From positions 2,529 to 66,528 of the forward strand of contig JAWKJM010000005.1 of assembly GCA_041393775.1 (NCBI GenBank): a stretch of DNA of 64,000 nucleotides, given 5' to 3'. This DNA is from Candidatus Nanopelagicales bacterium (GTDB taxonomy: Bacteria > Actinomycetota > Actinomycetes > S36-B12 > UBA10799). Position 1 is the first letter of the stretch. Every line of letters begins with the position of its first letter. Below, piece after piece: positions 37,483 through 46,096 of the stretch. A program made the position numbers and the translations under genes. The notes under the pieces were generated by a model, which worked only from the letters and a program-made list of their open reading frames with translations, searched no databases and was not told where the DNA came from.

Positions 37483-38966
37483 ATGAGCGATTGCTCGGCG
37501 TGCTGCTGGCCTACGGGGTACAGCACGGCCTGATCCCCGACGAGGACGTTCCGTTTGTGAGGAATCGGCTCATCGACGTGCTCCGGCTAGAGGCGTACGA
37601 CCTGGCCGCCGAGCCGGACCTCGGCGCTGTGATGCCGGACAGTTCCATCGACGAGTTGCTGCGGCCGCTGCTCGACGACGCCGCATCACGCGGACTCATC
37701 AGCCCCGACACCACCACTGAGCGGGATCTGTGGGACACGGCCATCATGGGCTGTTTCGTGGCCCGGCCCTCGACGGTGGTGCAGCAGTTCTGGAACGACT
37801 ACGCGCGCAGCCCGGTGGCCGCCACCGATGCATTCCACCGGCAGGCCGTGGCTTCGAACTACATCAGGGTCGGGCGCACGGACCGCAACATCACCTGGCG
37901 CCAGCCCACCGAATACGGCGTCATGGATATGACGATCAATGTGTCCAAGCCCGAGAAGGATCCGCGCGATATCGCGGCGGCGGCGCGCTCGACGTCGTCT
38001 GGCGGCTATCCGTTGTGCCTTCTCTGCCGGGAGAACGAGGGCTACGCCGGACGGGTGGATCACCCTGCTCGGCAGAACCTGCGTCTGATACCCATGGATC
38101 TGGCGAAGCAGCGCTGGTACCTGCAGTACTCGCCCTACCGGTACTACAACGAGCACTGCATCGTGCTCAGCGAAGAGCACAGACCGATGCGGATCGACCG
38201 GGAGACGTTCGCGCGCCTGGCCGAATTCACCGAAGTGCTGCCGCACTACATGGTCGGATCGAACGCCGACCTGCCGATCGTGGGCGGATCGATCCTCAGT
38301 CATGACCATTTCCAGGGCGGTCGTTTCGAGTTCGCCATGGACCGCGCCCGATCGCTGTGGGCCACATCGCTGTTCGGCGTCGAGGTCGCAGTGCTGCATT
38401 GGCCGTTGAGTGTGCTGCGGGTCACGGGCTCCGACGAGGCGGTGATCGACTTCTGCGATCGGGTCCTGGGCGCGTGGCGCACGTACACCGACGAGGAGAA
38501 CGCGGTGTTCGCGTTCACCAACGGAGTCGCCCACAACACGATCGCGCCGATCGCGCGCCGGATTGGTGGCCGCCTCCGCATGGATCTCGTTCTGCGCAAC
38601 AATCGCACGTCGCGAGACCACCCGGACGGCGTCTTCCATCCCCATGCCGAGATCCACTCCGTGAAGAAGGAGAACATCGGTCTGATCGAGGTCATGGGAC
38701 TGGCGGTGCTGCCCGGCAGGCTTGAACACGAGTTGGCGGCGGTGGCGCGGGCTCTCGTGGATCACACCGCGCTGCCAAGTCAATTGGCCGGTCATCAACC
38801 GATGCTCGACCGGCTGCGGGCGGAGGGCCCCGAGCGGGAGTTCGGTGATGCCTTGGAACGAGCCCGGCTGGCGGCGGGGGCGGTCTTCGTGCGAGGCCTC
38901 GAGCACTGCGGGGTGTTCGGCGCAGACCCGGTCGATGGATGCGGCCGCCTCCTCGAGTCCATCTAG
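37479..38966 (+). CDS. galT: Galactose-1-phosphate uridylyltransferase, type 2 (long form)
   Basis: 495 aa. Contains YPLCLLCRENEGY, QYSPYRYYNEHCIVL and GSNADLPIVGGSILSHDHFQGG, characteristic of class-2 GalT. It overlaps galK by 4 nt. Confidence 0.88.
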   Translation: MNERLLGVLLAYGVQHGLIPDEDVPFVRNRLIDVLRLEAYDLAAEPDLGAVMPDSSIDELLRPLLDDAASRGLISPDTTTERDLWDTAIMGCFVARPSTVVQQFWNDYARSPVAATDAFHRQAVASNYIRVGRTDRNITWRQPTEYGVMDMTINVSKPEKDPRDIAAAARSTSSGGYPLCLLCRENEGYAGRVDHPARQNLRLIPMDLAKQRWYLQYSPYRYYNEHCIVLSEEHRPMRIDRETFARLAEFTEVLPHYMVGSNADLPIVGGSILSHDHFQGGRFEFAMDRARSLWATSLFGVEVAVLHWPLSVLRVTGSDEAVIDFCDRVLGAWRTYTDEENAVFAFTNGVAHNTIAPIARRIGGRLRMDLVLRNNRTSRDHPDGVFHPHAEIHSVKKENIGLIEVMGLAVLPGRLEHELAAVARALVDHTALPSQLAGHQPMLDRLRAEGPEREFGDALERARLAAGAVFVRGLEHCGVFGADPVDGCGRLLESI

Positions 38967-38991
38967 GAGCCGCTCGCGGTTCTGCCTACCC

Positions 38992-39110
38992 GATTGTGGC
39001 GAAGGTGCTGGCTCGCAACCCGGTTTGTGACGAAGGTGCTGGATTGGGACGGGTCCGACCCAGCACCTTCGTAACGGAGCAGTTCGGAGGCCCGCAACTT
39101 CCTCACAAGG
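38992..39110. repeat. Family-2 repeat cluster A (nested inverted units of TTGTGACGAAGGTGC)
   Basis: Units: TTGTGGCGAAGGTGCTGG (38993-), TTGTGACGAAGGTGCTGG (39025-), CCAGCACCTTCGTAACGG (39060-), GCAACTTCCTCACAAGG (39094-). The inner pair forms a hairpin. Confidence 0.8.
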
Positions 39111-39162
39111 CGTAGGACGCCCGCCCGGGCATCGGCTCGGGCGGGCGCAGACGTATCCGCGA

Positions 39163-39366
39163 CTAGTTTCGAACCTCGCCTACCTTGTCCCGCGCGGTGT
39201 CCTTGACGTCCTCGGCGCGGTCCTCGATCCTCTCGCCGATCTCTTGGCTCTTGTCACCAACTGTGTCGCCGGCGTCGCGCGCGTTGTCCTCGATGCTCTC
39301 GGCGGCGTCCTTGGTCTTGTCGCTGACGTCCTTGACGGTGTCCTTGATCCGGTCGTTCAAACCCAT
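39163..39366 (-). CDS. CsbD-family stress-response protein (67 aa)
   Basis: Internal ATG at 39366 gives MGLNDRIKDTVKDVSDKTKDAAE..., the typical CsbD K/D-rich repeat pattern. Confidence 0.8.
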   Translation of the reverse strand: MGLNDRIKDTVKDVSDKTKDAAESIEDNARDAGDTVGDKSQEIGERIEDRAEDVKDTARDKVGEVRN

Positions 39367-39508
39367 ATCGGTTCCCTTCTTGTTGGTATCCGGGCAATAC
39401 CCCGGGTTCTGGTGGTCAGACCCGACATGGGGTGTGACCTGCGCAACATGTGCTCTCCGGTTAGAAGTGCGCTGGCGGGGAACAAGGCGGCAAAGGAAGG
39501 AGCAGACG

Positions 39509-39775
39509 ATGCCGAAGCGGGACACGTCCGGTGTGAAGGATTCCGAACTCTACGAGAGGTTGCGTGATGAGGGGGACTCGAAGCAGAAAGCTGCACGCAT
39601 CGCCAATGCGGCCGCCGCCCGCGGGCGATCCGCCGTGGGTCGTAAGGGCGGGGAAGCCGATTCGTACGAGGACCGGACGGTGAAGCAGTTGCGGCAACGG
39701 GCCAAGGAACTGGGCCTGAACGGGTACTCGCACAAGACGAAGCCGCAACTGGTCGCGATGCTGCGCAACCACTGA
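39509..39775 (+). CDS. Small protein with a Rho-N/SAP-like C-terminal domain (88 aa)
   Basis: ATG at 39509 follows SD AAGGAAGGAG. The C-terminus reads TVKQLRQRAKELGLNGYSHKTKPQLVAMLR. Confidence 0.7.
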   Translation: MPKRDTSGVKDSELYERLRDEGDSKQKAARIANAAAARGRSAVGRKGGEADSYEDRTVKQLRQRAKELGLNGYSHKTKPQLVAMLRNH

Positions 39776-39790
39776 GTGAAGGGAGTTTCG

Positions 39791-40069
39791 ATGTCGATGC
39801 AGAAGGATGCCGCAAGGTGGTCGTCGGAAGGTGGCGCCGACCCGTCGGGCCCGGCCACCGAGCTCCCCGCACAGCAGGCCGGCGATATCCCCGAACCGCC
39901 GGGGACTCCTGACCAGGTTGATGAACCGCCACTGGCACAAGCGCAGAGCCCGCTGCTCGGCGACAACTTGGCAGCGCACGAAACCGCACCCGAGGAAATC
40001 GGGGGGAACGGCTCGGCACGAATCCATATGAAGAACCGAACGCCCATCACACCACCGGAGGAACGATGA
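39791..40069 (+). CDS. Pro/Glu-rich hypothetical protein (92 aa)
   Basis: ATG at 39791 follows SD GAAGGGAG (MSMQKDAARWSSEGGADPSG...). The sequence is low complexity. Confidence 0.45.
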   Translation: MSMQKDAARWSSEGGADPSGPATELPAQQAGDIPEPPGTPDQVDEPPLAQAQSPLLGDNLAAHETAPEEIGGNGSARIHMKNRTPITPPEER

Positions 40070-40212
40070 AACTCTTAGGACTGCTGACCCTGCTCGGTAT
40101 CGGTGCTGCAGCAGGTGCGTATTTCAGCCGCCGGATGCAGCCCGGCCAGTCTCCTGCGGGCTCGCCCGCGGTTCCACTGGTTTCGGTGCCCACGGTTCGG
40201 GAGGCGCAGTGA
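40066..40212 (+). CDS. Small membrane protein (48 aa)
   Basis: Own translation gives MKLLGLLTLLGIGAAAGAYFSRRMQPGQ..., with SD GGAGGAA 3 nt upstream. It overlaps the previous gene by 4 nt. It is below the ORF-track size cut-off. Confidence 0.5.
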   Translation: MKLLGLLTLLGIGAAAGAYFSRRMQPGQSPAGSPAVPLVSVPTVREAQ

Positions 40213-40376
40213 GCCTTTGGGATGACCTCAGATACCGAGTGAAGAAGAGTCTGCTGTTCGTCTACGGACCCGCGGACCTTGACACGGAGCGCGATCCCAG
40301 CGCGAGGCTGGACCGCGAACACGACGAGGGCCGGAGGGCCGGCACCGAGTCCGGCAAGGACTGGGACAAGGGCTGA
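40209..40376 (+). CDS. Small charged hypothetical protein (55 aa)
   Basis: Own translation from GTG at 40209 gives VSLWDDLRYRVKKSLLFVYGPADLDTERD..., with SD GGGAGG upstream. There is a GTGA overlap with the previous ORF. Confidence 0.4.
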   Translation: MSLWDDLRYRVKKSLLFVYGPADLDTERDPSARLDREHDEGRRAGTESGKDWDKG

Positions 40377-40377
40377 G

Positions 40378-41019
40378 TCAAGCGGAGGCCGCCGCCCGGC
40401 GTCTCTCGTCCGCAGTGGGGCGCAATGCCGCGGCAGCGATGAGGAAGCCGACGGCGCCGAGCAGCGTGCCCAGGTTGTCCCACCGCAGGTTCTGGAACGT
40501 CCCGTCCGGGAGCATCTTTGCCCCCACGGCCGACAGTCCGAAGAAGACCGAGCCGAGCATGTTGGCCCAGCAGATCAGCCGTGATCGACCGTGTAGCAGA
40601 TGATGGCGATGCTGGCGGGCTATGGGATGCCAGGCGATCCAGCTGGAGATCAGGAACAGCAGGGATCCGATCACATCCGGGTGCCAGACGCGATCGTAGT
40701 CAGCGCTCGAAGCATCGATCGCCTGCCACAGCGCACGGATGGTCATGACGTTGAAGAACAGCGTTCCCACGAACTGGATGACGGCGCTCATCCAATCGGG
40801 GTCTCGTAGTCGGGATGGCATGGGCTTGTCCGCGGCGGCTCGCCACTGCACGGCCGCGGCGGTGGTGAACAGCACTGCGCCGAGCGCGAAAACGATGCCG
40901 ATCGCTACATCGTTCGCCTCCGCGACCGCCATGATCGCCCCCAAGCCGAACAGCACAGATCCGGTCCCGAACCCCAGAGCCATGGTCTGGAGCTGACGGG
41001 TCTCGCGGGTGTTCTGCAC
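40378..41019 (-). CDS. Integral membrane protein, unknown function
   Basis: 213 aa with about six hydrophobic helices. No family recognised. Confidence 0.6.
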   Translation of the reverse strand: MQNTRETRQLQTMALGFGTGSVLFGLGAIMAVAEANDVAIGIVFALGAVLFTTAAAVQWRAAADKPMPSRLRDPDWMSAVIQFVGTLFFNVMTIRALWQAIDASSADYDRVWHPDVIGSLLFLISSWIAWHPIARQHRHHLLHGRSRLICWANMLGSVFFGLSAVGAKMLPDGTFQNLRWDNLGTLLGAVGFLIAAAALRPTADERRRAAASA

Positions 41020-41116
41020 GATCCGAATCTAGGTGATCGCGGCCTCTGCCTCCTCATCGGACACCGGCTGTGAGCTCGATCGGCAAGCGCTGGCCCATCT
41101 CGCCTACCCTCAGCGC

Positions 41117-43198
41117 ATGCCACTCATCGAGGTGATCGAGTCCGAACAGTCACTCTTCGCGCTGCACACCGACCACACGTCATATGTGTTCGCCGTCGCC
41201 GAGACCGGCCTGCTGCGCCATCTGCATTGGGGGGCTCGCATTCCCGCGGCCGACGTGATCCGGGAGCCGCTCTGGGCGCTGTCGACCAATGATCTGATCA
41301 ACGATGTCACGCCCCAGGAGTACCCGCCCCATGGCAGGTTCCGGTACAACGAGCAGTGTCTACGGGCACGCTTCCCGGACGGGGGCCGGGAGGTCGAACT
41401 GGCATACACCGGGTACCGGCGCACCGACCACGAGCTGGTGGTCGATCTTCATGACCCCAAGGGCCTGGCGGTCGAACTGCACTACGAGGTGCTTGCGGAG
41501 ATCGATGTGATCCGGCGCTGGGCCAGCATCACCGCGTCGATTCAGGGGGTTGTTCTGGAATCAGTGGCGTCGGCGCAGTTGAACATCCCGTTCGGCGACC
41601 TCACCTTGCGCAACGTGCAGGGGCATTGGGGCGCAGAGCAGCAGGAGCTGATTCAAACCGTGGCAGGGAAGATGGTGCTCGAAGCCAGGCGCGGAATCTC
41701 GAACCACCATCACAGCCCCTACGCGGTCCTGAGCAAGGAGGCAACGCAGACCTGCGGACGCGTGTGGGCTGGAGCGCTGAGCTTCAGTGGCAACACCAAG
41801 ACCGTGGTCGAGCAGACCCAGTACGGCCAGACACTTGTCCAGTTGGGGATCAACGACTTCGACTGCGAGATTCCTCTGACTCCGGGGGAGCCCTTCGTGA
41901 CTCCTTCGGTGGTCGCGGTCTACACCGAAGCGGGACTCGACGGTGTCAGTCGATGCCTGCACGCCTACGGCGAGACACTGATGTCTCCGCAGGTGCGCCC
42001 AGTCCTCTACAACTCCTGGGAGGCCACGAACTTCGCCGTGAGCAGCGACGGCCAACTCGAACTCGCCGACCTTGCGGCTGCTGTCGGTGCCGAGTTGTTC
42101 GTCGTCGATGACGGCTGGTTCGGCCGGCGCAACCCCGACGAGACAGGAGGGATCCACGATGGGCTGGGCGATTGGTGGGTCGACCCGGTCAAATTCCCGC
42201 AGGGCCTCGGGCCGCTGATCGAGCGCGTCCAGGAACGCGGGATGAGTTTCGGGATCTGGGTGGAGCCGGAGATGGTCAACCCCGACTCGGACCTGTTCGC
42301 GGAGCACCCGGAGTGGATCTACACGGAGCCGGGCCGGGAGGTGGACACCGCCCGTGGGCAGTATGTCCTGGACCTCACCCGCGCAGAGGTGCAGGAGTTC
42401 ATCGTCGCCACGCTCGACGGACTGCTGACCGGCAACGACATCGCCTATGTGAAGTGGGACGCCAATCGCCCGATGTCTCAGATCGGTGCGCGCCGCGACG
42501 CGTGGTACGGACACATTCAGTCGCTCTATGACGTCGTGCGGGAGATCAAGCGGCGGCACCCGAATGTGCTGATCGAGGCCTGCGCTTCGGGTGGCGGCCG
42601 GATCGACTTCGGCGCTCTGGAGGTCTTCGACGATTTCTGGACCAGTGACAACACCGACGCGCTGGACCGGCTGGAGATCCACCGCGCGTACTCCCTGGTC
42701 TATCCGCCGCGCGCCATGCGCGCCTGGGTGACCGATGTCCCCAATTTCTTGTCGCAGCGCTCGATTCCGCTGAAATTCCGGTTCCACAGTGCGATGCTCG
42801 GCAGTCTCGGGATCGGCTGCGACCTCACCAAGATGACCGAGAAGGAACTGAAGCAGTCCGCGAAGTTCGTCGCGGAATACAAGGGGCTGCGACCGTTGAT
42901 GCGCCGCTTCCACCGTCTGGAGAACCCCTCCTCGAACGACTACCGGCTGTTCCAGTACTCCTCGTCGGAGGGGGCGGTGCTGTTCGCGTTCCTGCCGGCC
43001 AGCCGACTGGGCCACAAGCCGACCACGGTGCGCCTGCGCGGTCTCGAACCCACTGCGCGCTATCGGTTCACCCATGACTGGCAGAAGCATGAGACGACCG
43101 GCGAGTACCTCATGAACCGTGGTCTGCGGTTGTGGCTGCAGGGTGACTACGCAAGCACTGTGGTCCGTTTCGACAAAGTCACAGAAGCCACGGGATGA
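41117..43198 (+). CDS. GH36 alpha-galactosidase
   Basis: Internal ATG at 41117 gives MPLIEVIESEQSLFALHTDHTSY. Contains FVVDDGWFG and the catalytic region YVKWDANR, typical of GH36. Confidence 0.88.
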   Translation: MPLIEVIESEQSLFALHTDHTSYVFAVAETGLLRHLHWGARIPAADVIREPLWALSTNDLINDVTPQEYPPHGRFRYNEQCLRARFPDGGREVELAYTGYRRTDHELVVDLHDPKGLAVELHYEVLAEIDVIRRWASITASIQGVVLESVASAQLNIPFGDLTLRNVQGHWGAEQQELIQTVAGKMVLEARRGISNHHHSPYAVLSKEATQTCGRVWAGALSFSGNTKTVVEQTQYGQTLVQLGINDFDCEIPLTPGEPFVTPSVVAVYTEAGLDGVSRCLHAYGETLMSPQVRPVLYNSWEATNFAVSSDGQLELADLAAAVGAELFVVDDGWFGRRNPDETGGIHDGLGDWWVDPVKFPQGLGPLIERVQERGMSFGIWVEPEMVNPDSDLFAEHPEWIYTEPGREVDTARGQYVLDLTRAEVQEFIVATLDGLLTGNDIAYVKWDANRPMSQIGARRDAWYGHIQSLYDVVREIKRRHPNVLIEACASGGGRIDFGALEVFDDFWTSDNTDALDRLEIHRAYSLVYPPRAMRAWVTDVPNFLSQRSIPLKFRFHSAMLGSLGIGCDLTKMTEKELKQSAKFVAEYKGLRPLMRRFHRLENPSSNDYRLFQYSSSEGAVLFAFLPASRLGHKPTTVRLRGLEPTARYRFTHDWQKHETTGEYLMNRGLRLWLQGDYASTVVRFDKVTEATG

Positions 43199-43643
43199 TC
43201 CTGGCCCGGACCCGGTGGCAGTAGGCCTCGTAGCCCGGATAGTGTGCGCGCAGCCAGTGTTCCTCGACGTGCGCCTTGCCCAGCCACCACACCAGCAGCA
43301 CCGTCAGTGCGACCAGCCCCCACCACGAGCCGACCAGGCACAGGCCGAGCAGTGCGAGTAGCGCCGAGGAATAGATGGGATGGCGCACGATGCGATACGG
43401 ACCGTGCTCGACGAGTTCCGCCCTCGACCTGGGTTTCGGGAATGGACTCAGTGAGGCTCCGAGAGTCCGCAGCGACCACCAGCCCAACGCCGCCCCGAGA
43501 ATCAGCAAAGCGCCGCCGATCCAGGTGCTGCCGGGCCAGGCCCACCGCGGTCCCGCCGCCGCCGTGACGACCACTACGGCGGCCAGCAGGAACTGGCCCC
43601 ACACCCAGCCTTGTCCGCGCCAACCCAGCCTGGGGATCTCCAA
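43179..43643 (-). CDS. Isoprenylcysteine carboxyl methyltransferase (ICMT)-family membrane protein
   Basis: Contains LVEHGPYRIVRHPIYSSALL. The preferred start is TTG at 43643, preceded by a strong SD GAAGGAGGA. The ORF-track start at 43766 would overlap the marR gene. Confidence 0.75.
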   Translation of the reverse strand: MEIPRLGWRGQGWVWGQFLLAAVVVVTAAAGPRWAWPGSTWIGGALLILGAALGWWSLRTLGASLSPFPKPRSRAELVEHGPYRIVRHPIYSSALLALLGLCLVGSWWGLVALTVLLVWWLGKAHVEEHWLRAHYPGYEAYCHRVRARIIPWLL

Positions 43644-43707
43644 GCGTCCTCCTTCGTCGAAAGCATGGTCGCACTTCCATGCGGCCCGAATCGGTACAGT
43701 GCCTACC

Positions 43708-44157
43708 ATGACCCGTTGGCTGTCCGCATCCGAGCAGCAATACTGGCGCTCGTGGATCTCGGCCAACCTACTGCTCCGAGACCGGCTGGGACGGGATCTG
43801 CAGCGCGACGCTGGACTGACTCTTGCCGACTACGAGATCATGGTGCGTCTGTCGGAGTCCCCCCGACGGCGCATGCGGATGAGCGACCTGGCGGAGGTGA
43901 CACTGTCCAGTCGCAGTCGGCTGTCCCATCAGATCGACCGGATGCAGAAGGCGGGTTTTGTCGACCGCCAGGAGTGCGAGAACGATCGGCGCGGCTACTA
44001 CGCCGTCCTTACCGACGCCGGGTACGACGCACTGGTCGAAGCCGCCCCGAAGCATGTGGACAGTGTGCGCCGCCGGATCGTCGACGTGCTGACGCCCGAG
44101 GAGTTCGCCGAGTTCGGCCGGCTGAACCAGAAGCTTCTGGACGCGCTCGAGGACTAG
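43708..44157 (+). CDS. MarR family transcriptional regulator
   Basis: Internal ATG at 43708. The winged HTH reads LTLADYEIMVRLSESPRRRMRMSDLAEVTLSSRSRLSHQIDRMQKAGFV. A -10-like TACAGT ends 7 nt before the ATG, so the transcript may be leaderless. Confidence 0.88.
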   Translation: MTRWLSASEQQYWRSWISANLLLRDRLGRDLQRDAGLTLADYEIMVRLSESPRRRMRMSDLAEVTLSSRSRLSHQIDRMQKAGFVDRQECENDRRGYYAVLTDAGYDALVEAAPKHVDSVRRRIVDVLTPEEFAEFGRLNQKLLDALED

Positions 44158-44247
44158 GTTCCCGTTGCAGCTGGCGGCCGCGTCGCGCTGAGTACCTGCC
44201 CGCGCCGTTCGGGCCGCATCGGCAGTAACGAGAGCTGCTGGGCTTCA

Positions 44248-44450
44248 TCCGAAGCGGCTCGTGTACTCGGTCGCCGCACAAGTGGGCCGCGAGGTTAGGG
44301 AATGGTCGCGAGGTTAGAGATCGTGCACGAGGTTAGTGAACGCACGTGTGGCTTCTCTAACCTCGTGAACGTTCTCTGGTCCGAAAATGGCTGGTGTACT
44401 CGGTAGCGGCAGGAGTTGGCCGCGAGGTTAGAGAATGTGCACGAGGTTAG
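44248..44450 (+). repeat. Family-1 repeat, locus R9 (an A-B unit, then a second A-B unit cut in its left hairpin arm by the IS)
   Basis: Contains a full hairpin GTGCACGAGGTTAGTGAACGCACGTGTGGCTTCTCTAACCTCGTGAAC. The second unit ends abruptly at GTGCACGAGGTTAG (44450). Confidence 0.9.
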
Positions 44451-46096
44451 CCCAGATCTTTCATCTGCTGGCTGACGCGGCTGGTGTGGGGGGTGTTGGG
44501 ACTGGCGTTGTTCTGTGTCGTGACCGGGGCGTGGCTTGCTCCCAGCGCTGCGGTTCGCTGGTGCTTCCGGTGTGTGGTCGGGGTGTGGTGTGGGGTGGTC
44601 TGTCGGCGGTTCAGAGCGCGGCGAGTCGGTGGTGGGCTTGGCGTATCAGGTCGGCCCAGGGCCACTTGTCGCTGATCCGAAGGGTGTGTCTTCGACCGCT
44701 GCGGATGATCCGCCCGGCGACCGCCAGGATCCTGAACCGCAGGGTTTTCGGTGACCAGACCCTAGCGTGTTCGTGGTCGCGCCAGGCGAGTTGCTGGGTC
44801 CAGGTGAGCAGCTGGCAGGCCAGCAGACACAGTTCCAGCCATAGCGCGTTCTTGGCCATGGAGTGCAAGGGCAGGTTGTCCGCGCCGGTGGCTTTGAGGT
44901 CACGGATCCGGTCCTCGGCACGCGCGCGCTGCCGGTGGCGGTATTCCAGGTCGGCTGGGCGTCCGGGGCTGTTCGTGACGAACAGTGTGACCCGCCAGCC
45001 GTCGTCCTCCCCGATCCGCAGCTGTGCGCCCGGATGGGCCTTCTCCCGGCGGGCGATCACCCGCATCCCGGCCGGCCACGCCACACGGAACCGGGCCGGC
45101 AACCAGGTAGTCAGCTCGGCGACGTAGGCGTTCGGGCGCGGCGCGCCGTGGGCGTCGACGGCTTTGCGCCAGGCCTGCCGCGGGGTCGCCGCCAGCGCTT
45201 CTTGCAGCCCGGCGTGCACCGTGATCCCGGTGGAGTACTGCAGCCCCAGAGCAACAACGTGGGCCAGGAACTGCTTGGTCCCGCCGGCGCCATCGGCGCG
45301 CACCAGCACCTGGCTACGGCAGTGTGCTGGCAGTTGGGCCAGTGCCGCGTCGAGCACCGCGATGTGATCACCCTGCGTGGCCGACCCGGCGTTGCCGGGG
45401 CGCAGCAACCCGACCAGCGGCTCCCCGGTGCCACCCCCGCCGTGATCCACCAGCCCCAGCAGCGGGTGGAACCCGAACCCGCGTTTGTAGGTAGCCGCTG
45501 CGCCTTCCTTGTCCGAATGCGACCCGATCAGGGTGGCGTCGAGGTCGACCACCACCTGCCCGGCGCCGTCCAACGGGTCCACCCGCTCCCAGACCCCGAC
45601 CCGCGCCGAGGCCGCTGCCGCCCGGACCGCGCTCAGCGCCGCCGCCGTGGCCTGCTCGGTGGCGGTCAACGCGTCGAACAGCCGCGACACCGTCGGGTCC
45701 GAGGCCACCGCCCCGAACAGCTGCGGCTGGGCGCGCAGCACCCCCAGATCAGCCAGGCAATCCCCACCGACCGCGATCGTGATCGCCAGGTCCAGCAGCA
45801 CCTTGCCCGGGTCATGACGGGCCCTGTCAGAGCAGAACCCGGCCAGGCCCTCGGACAACGCCGCGGCCAGCCCGCTGACCTGCGCGGTCTGCACCAGCAG
45901 CCGCGCCCCGGCAGACGACACCAGCGCGTCCTGGCCGGCTTCAACACGAATCGTCGGATACGAGATACCGTTCACCTACGGAGTGCCTTTCCTTCGACAC
46001 GGATTTATGGCTTCAGCACCACAAATTCTCTCGAAAGAACAGGCACTTCCGTCTATTCACACGCCGCTCACACCAGCACCACATGCAAGATCTGGG
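44451..46096 (-). mobile_element. IS1380-family insertion sequence (1646 bp)
   Basis: The terminal inverted repeat CCCAGATCTT occurs at 44451-44460, and as its complement at 46087-46096. A 4-bp direct duplication TTAG lies at 44447-44450 and 46097-46100. Joining the flanks restores the family-1 hairpin. Confidence 0.88.
44611..45975 (-). CDS. IS1380-family DDE transposase
   Basis: 454 aa. The N-terminal region ...HDPGKVLLDLAITIAVGGDCLADLGVLRAQPQLFGAVASDPTVSRL is characteristic of IS1380 transposases as I recall them. Confidence 0.85.
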   Translation of the reverse strand: MNGISYPTIRVEAGQDALVSSAGARLLVQTAQVSGLAAALSEGLAGFCSDRARHDPGKVLLDLAITIAVGGDCLADLGVLRAQPQLFGAVASDPTVSRLFDALTATEQATAAALSAVRAAAASARVGVWERVDPLDGAGQVVVDLDATLIGSHSDKEGAAATYKRGFGFHPLLGLVDHGGGGTGEPLVGLLRPGNAGSATQGDHIAVLDAALAQLPAHCRSQVLVRADGAGGTKQFLAHVVALGLQYSTGITVHAGLQEALAATPRQAWRKAVDAHGAPRPNAYVAELTTWLPARFRVAWPAGMRVIARREKAHPGAQLRIGEDDGWRVTLFVTNSPGRPADLEYRHRQRARAEDRIRDLKATGADNLPLHSMAKNALWLELCLLACQLLTWTQQLAWRDHEHARVWSPKTLRFRILAVAGRIIRSGRRHTLRISDKWPWADLIRQAHHRLAAL

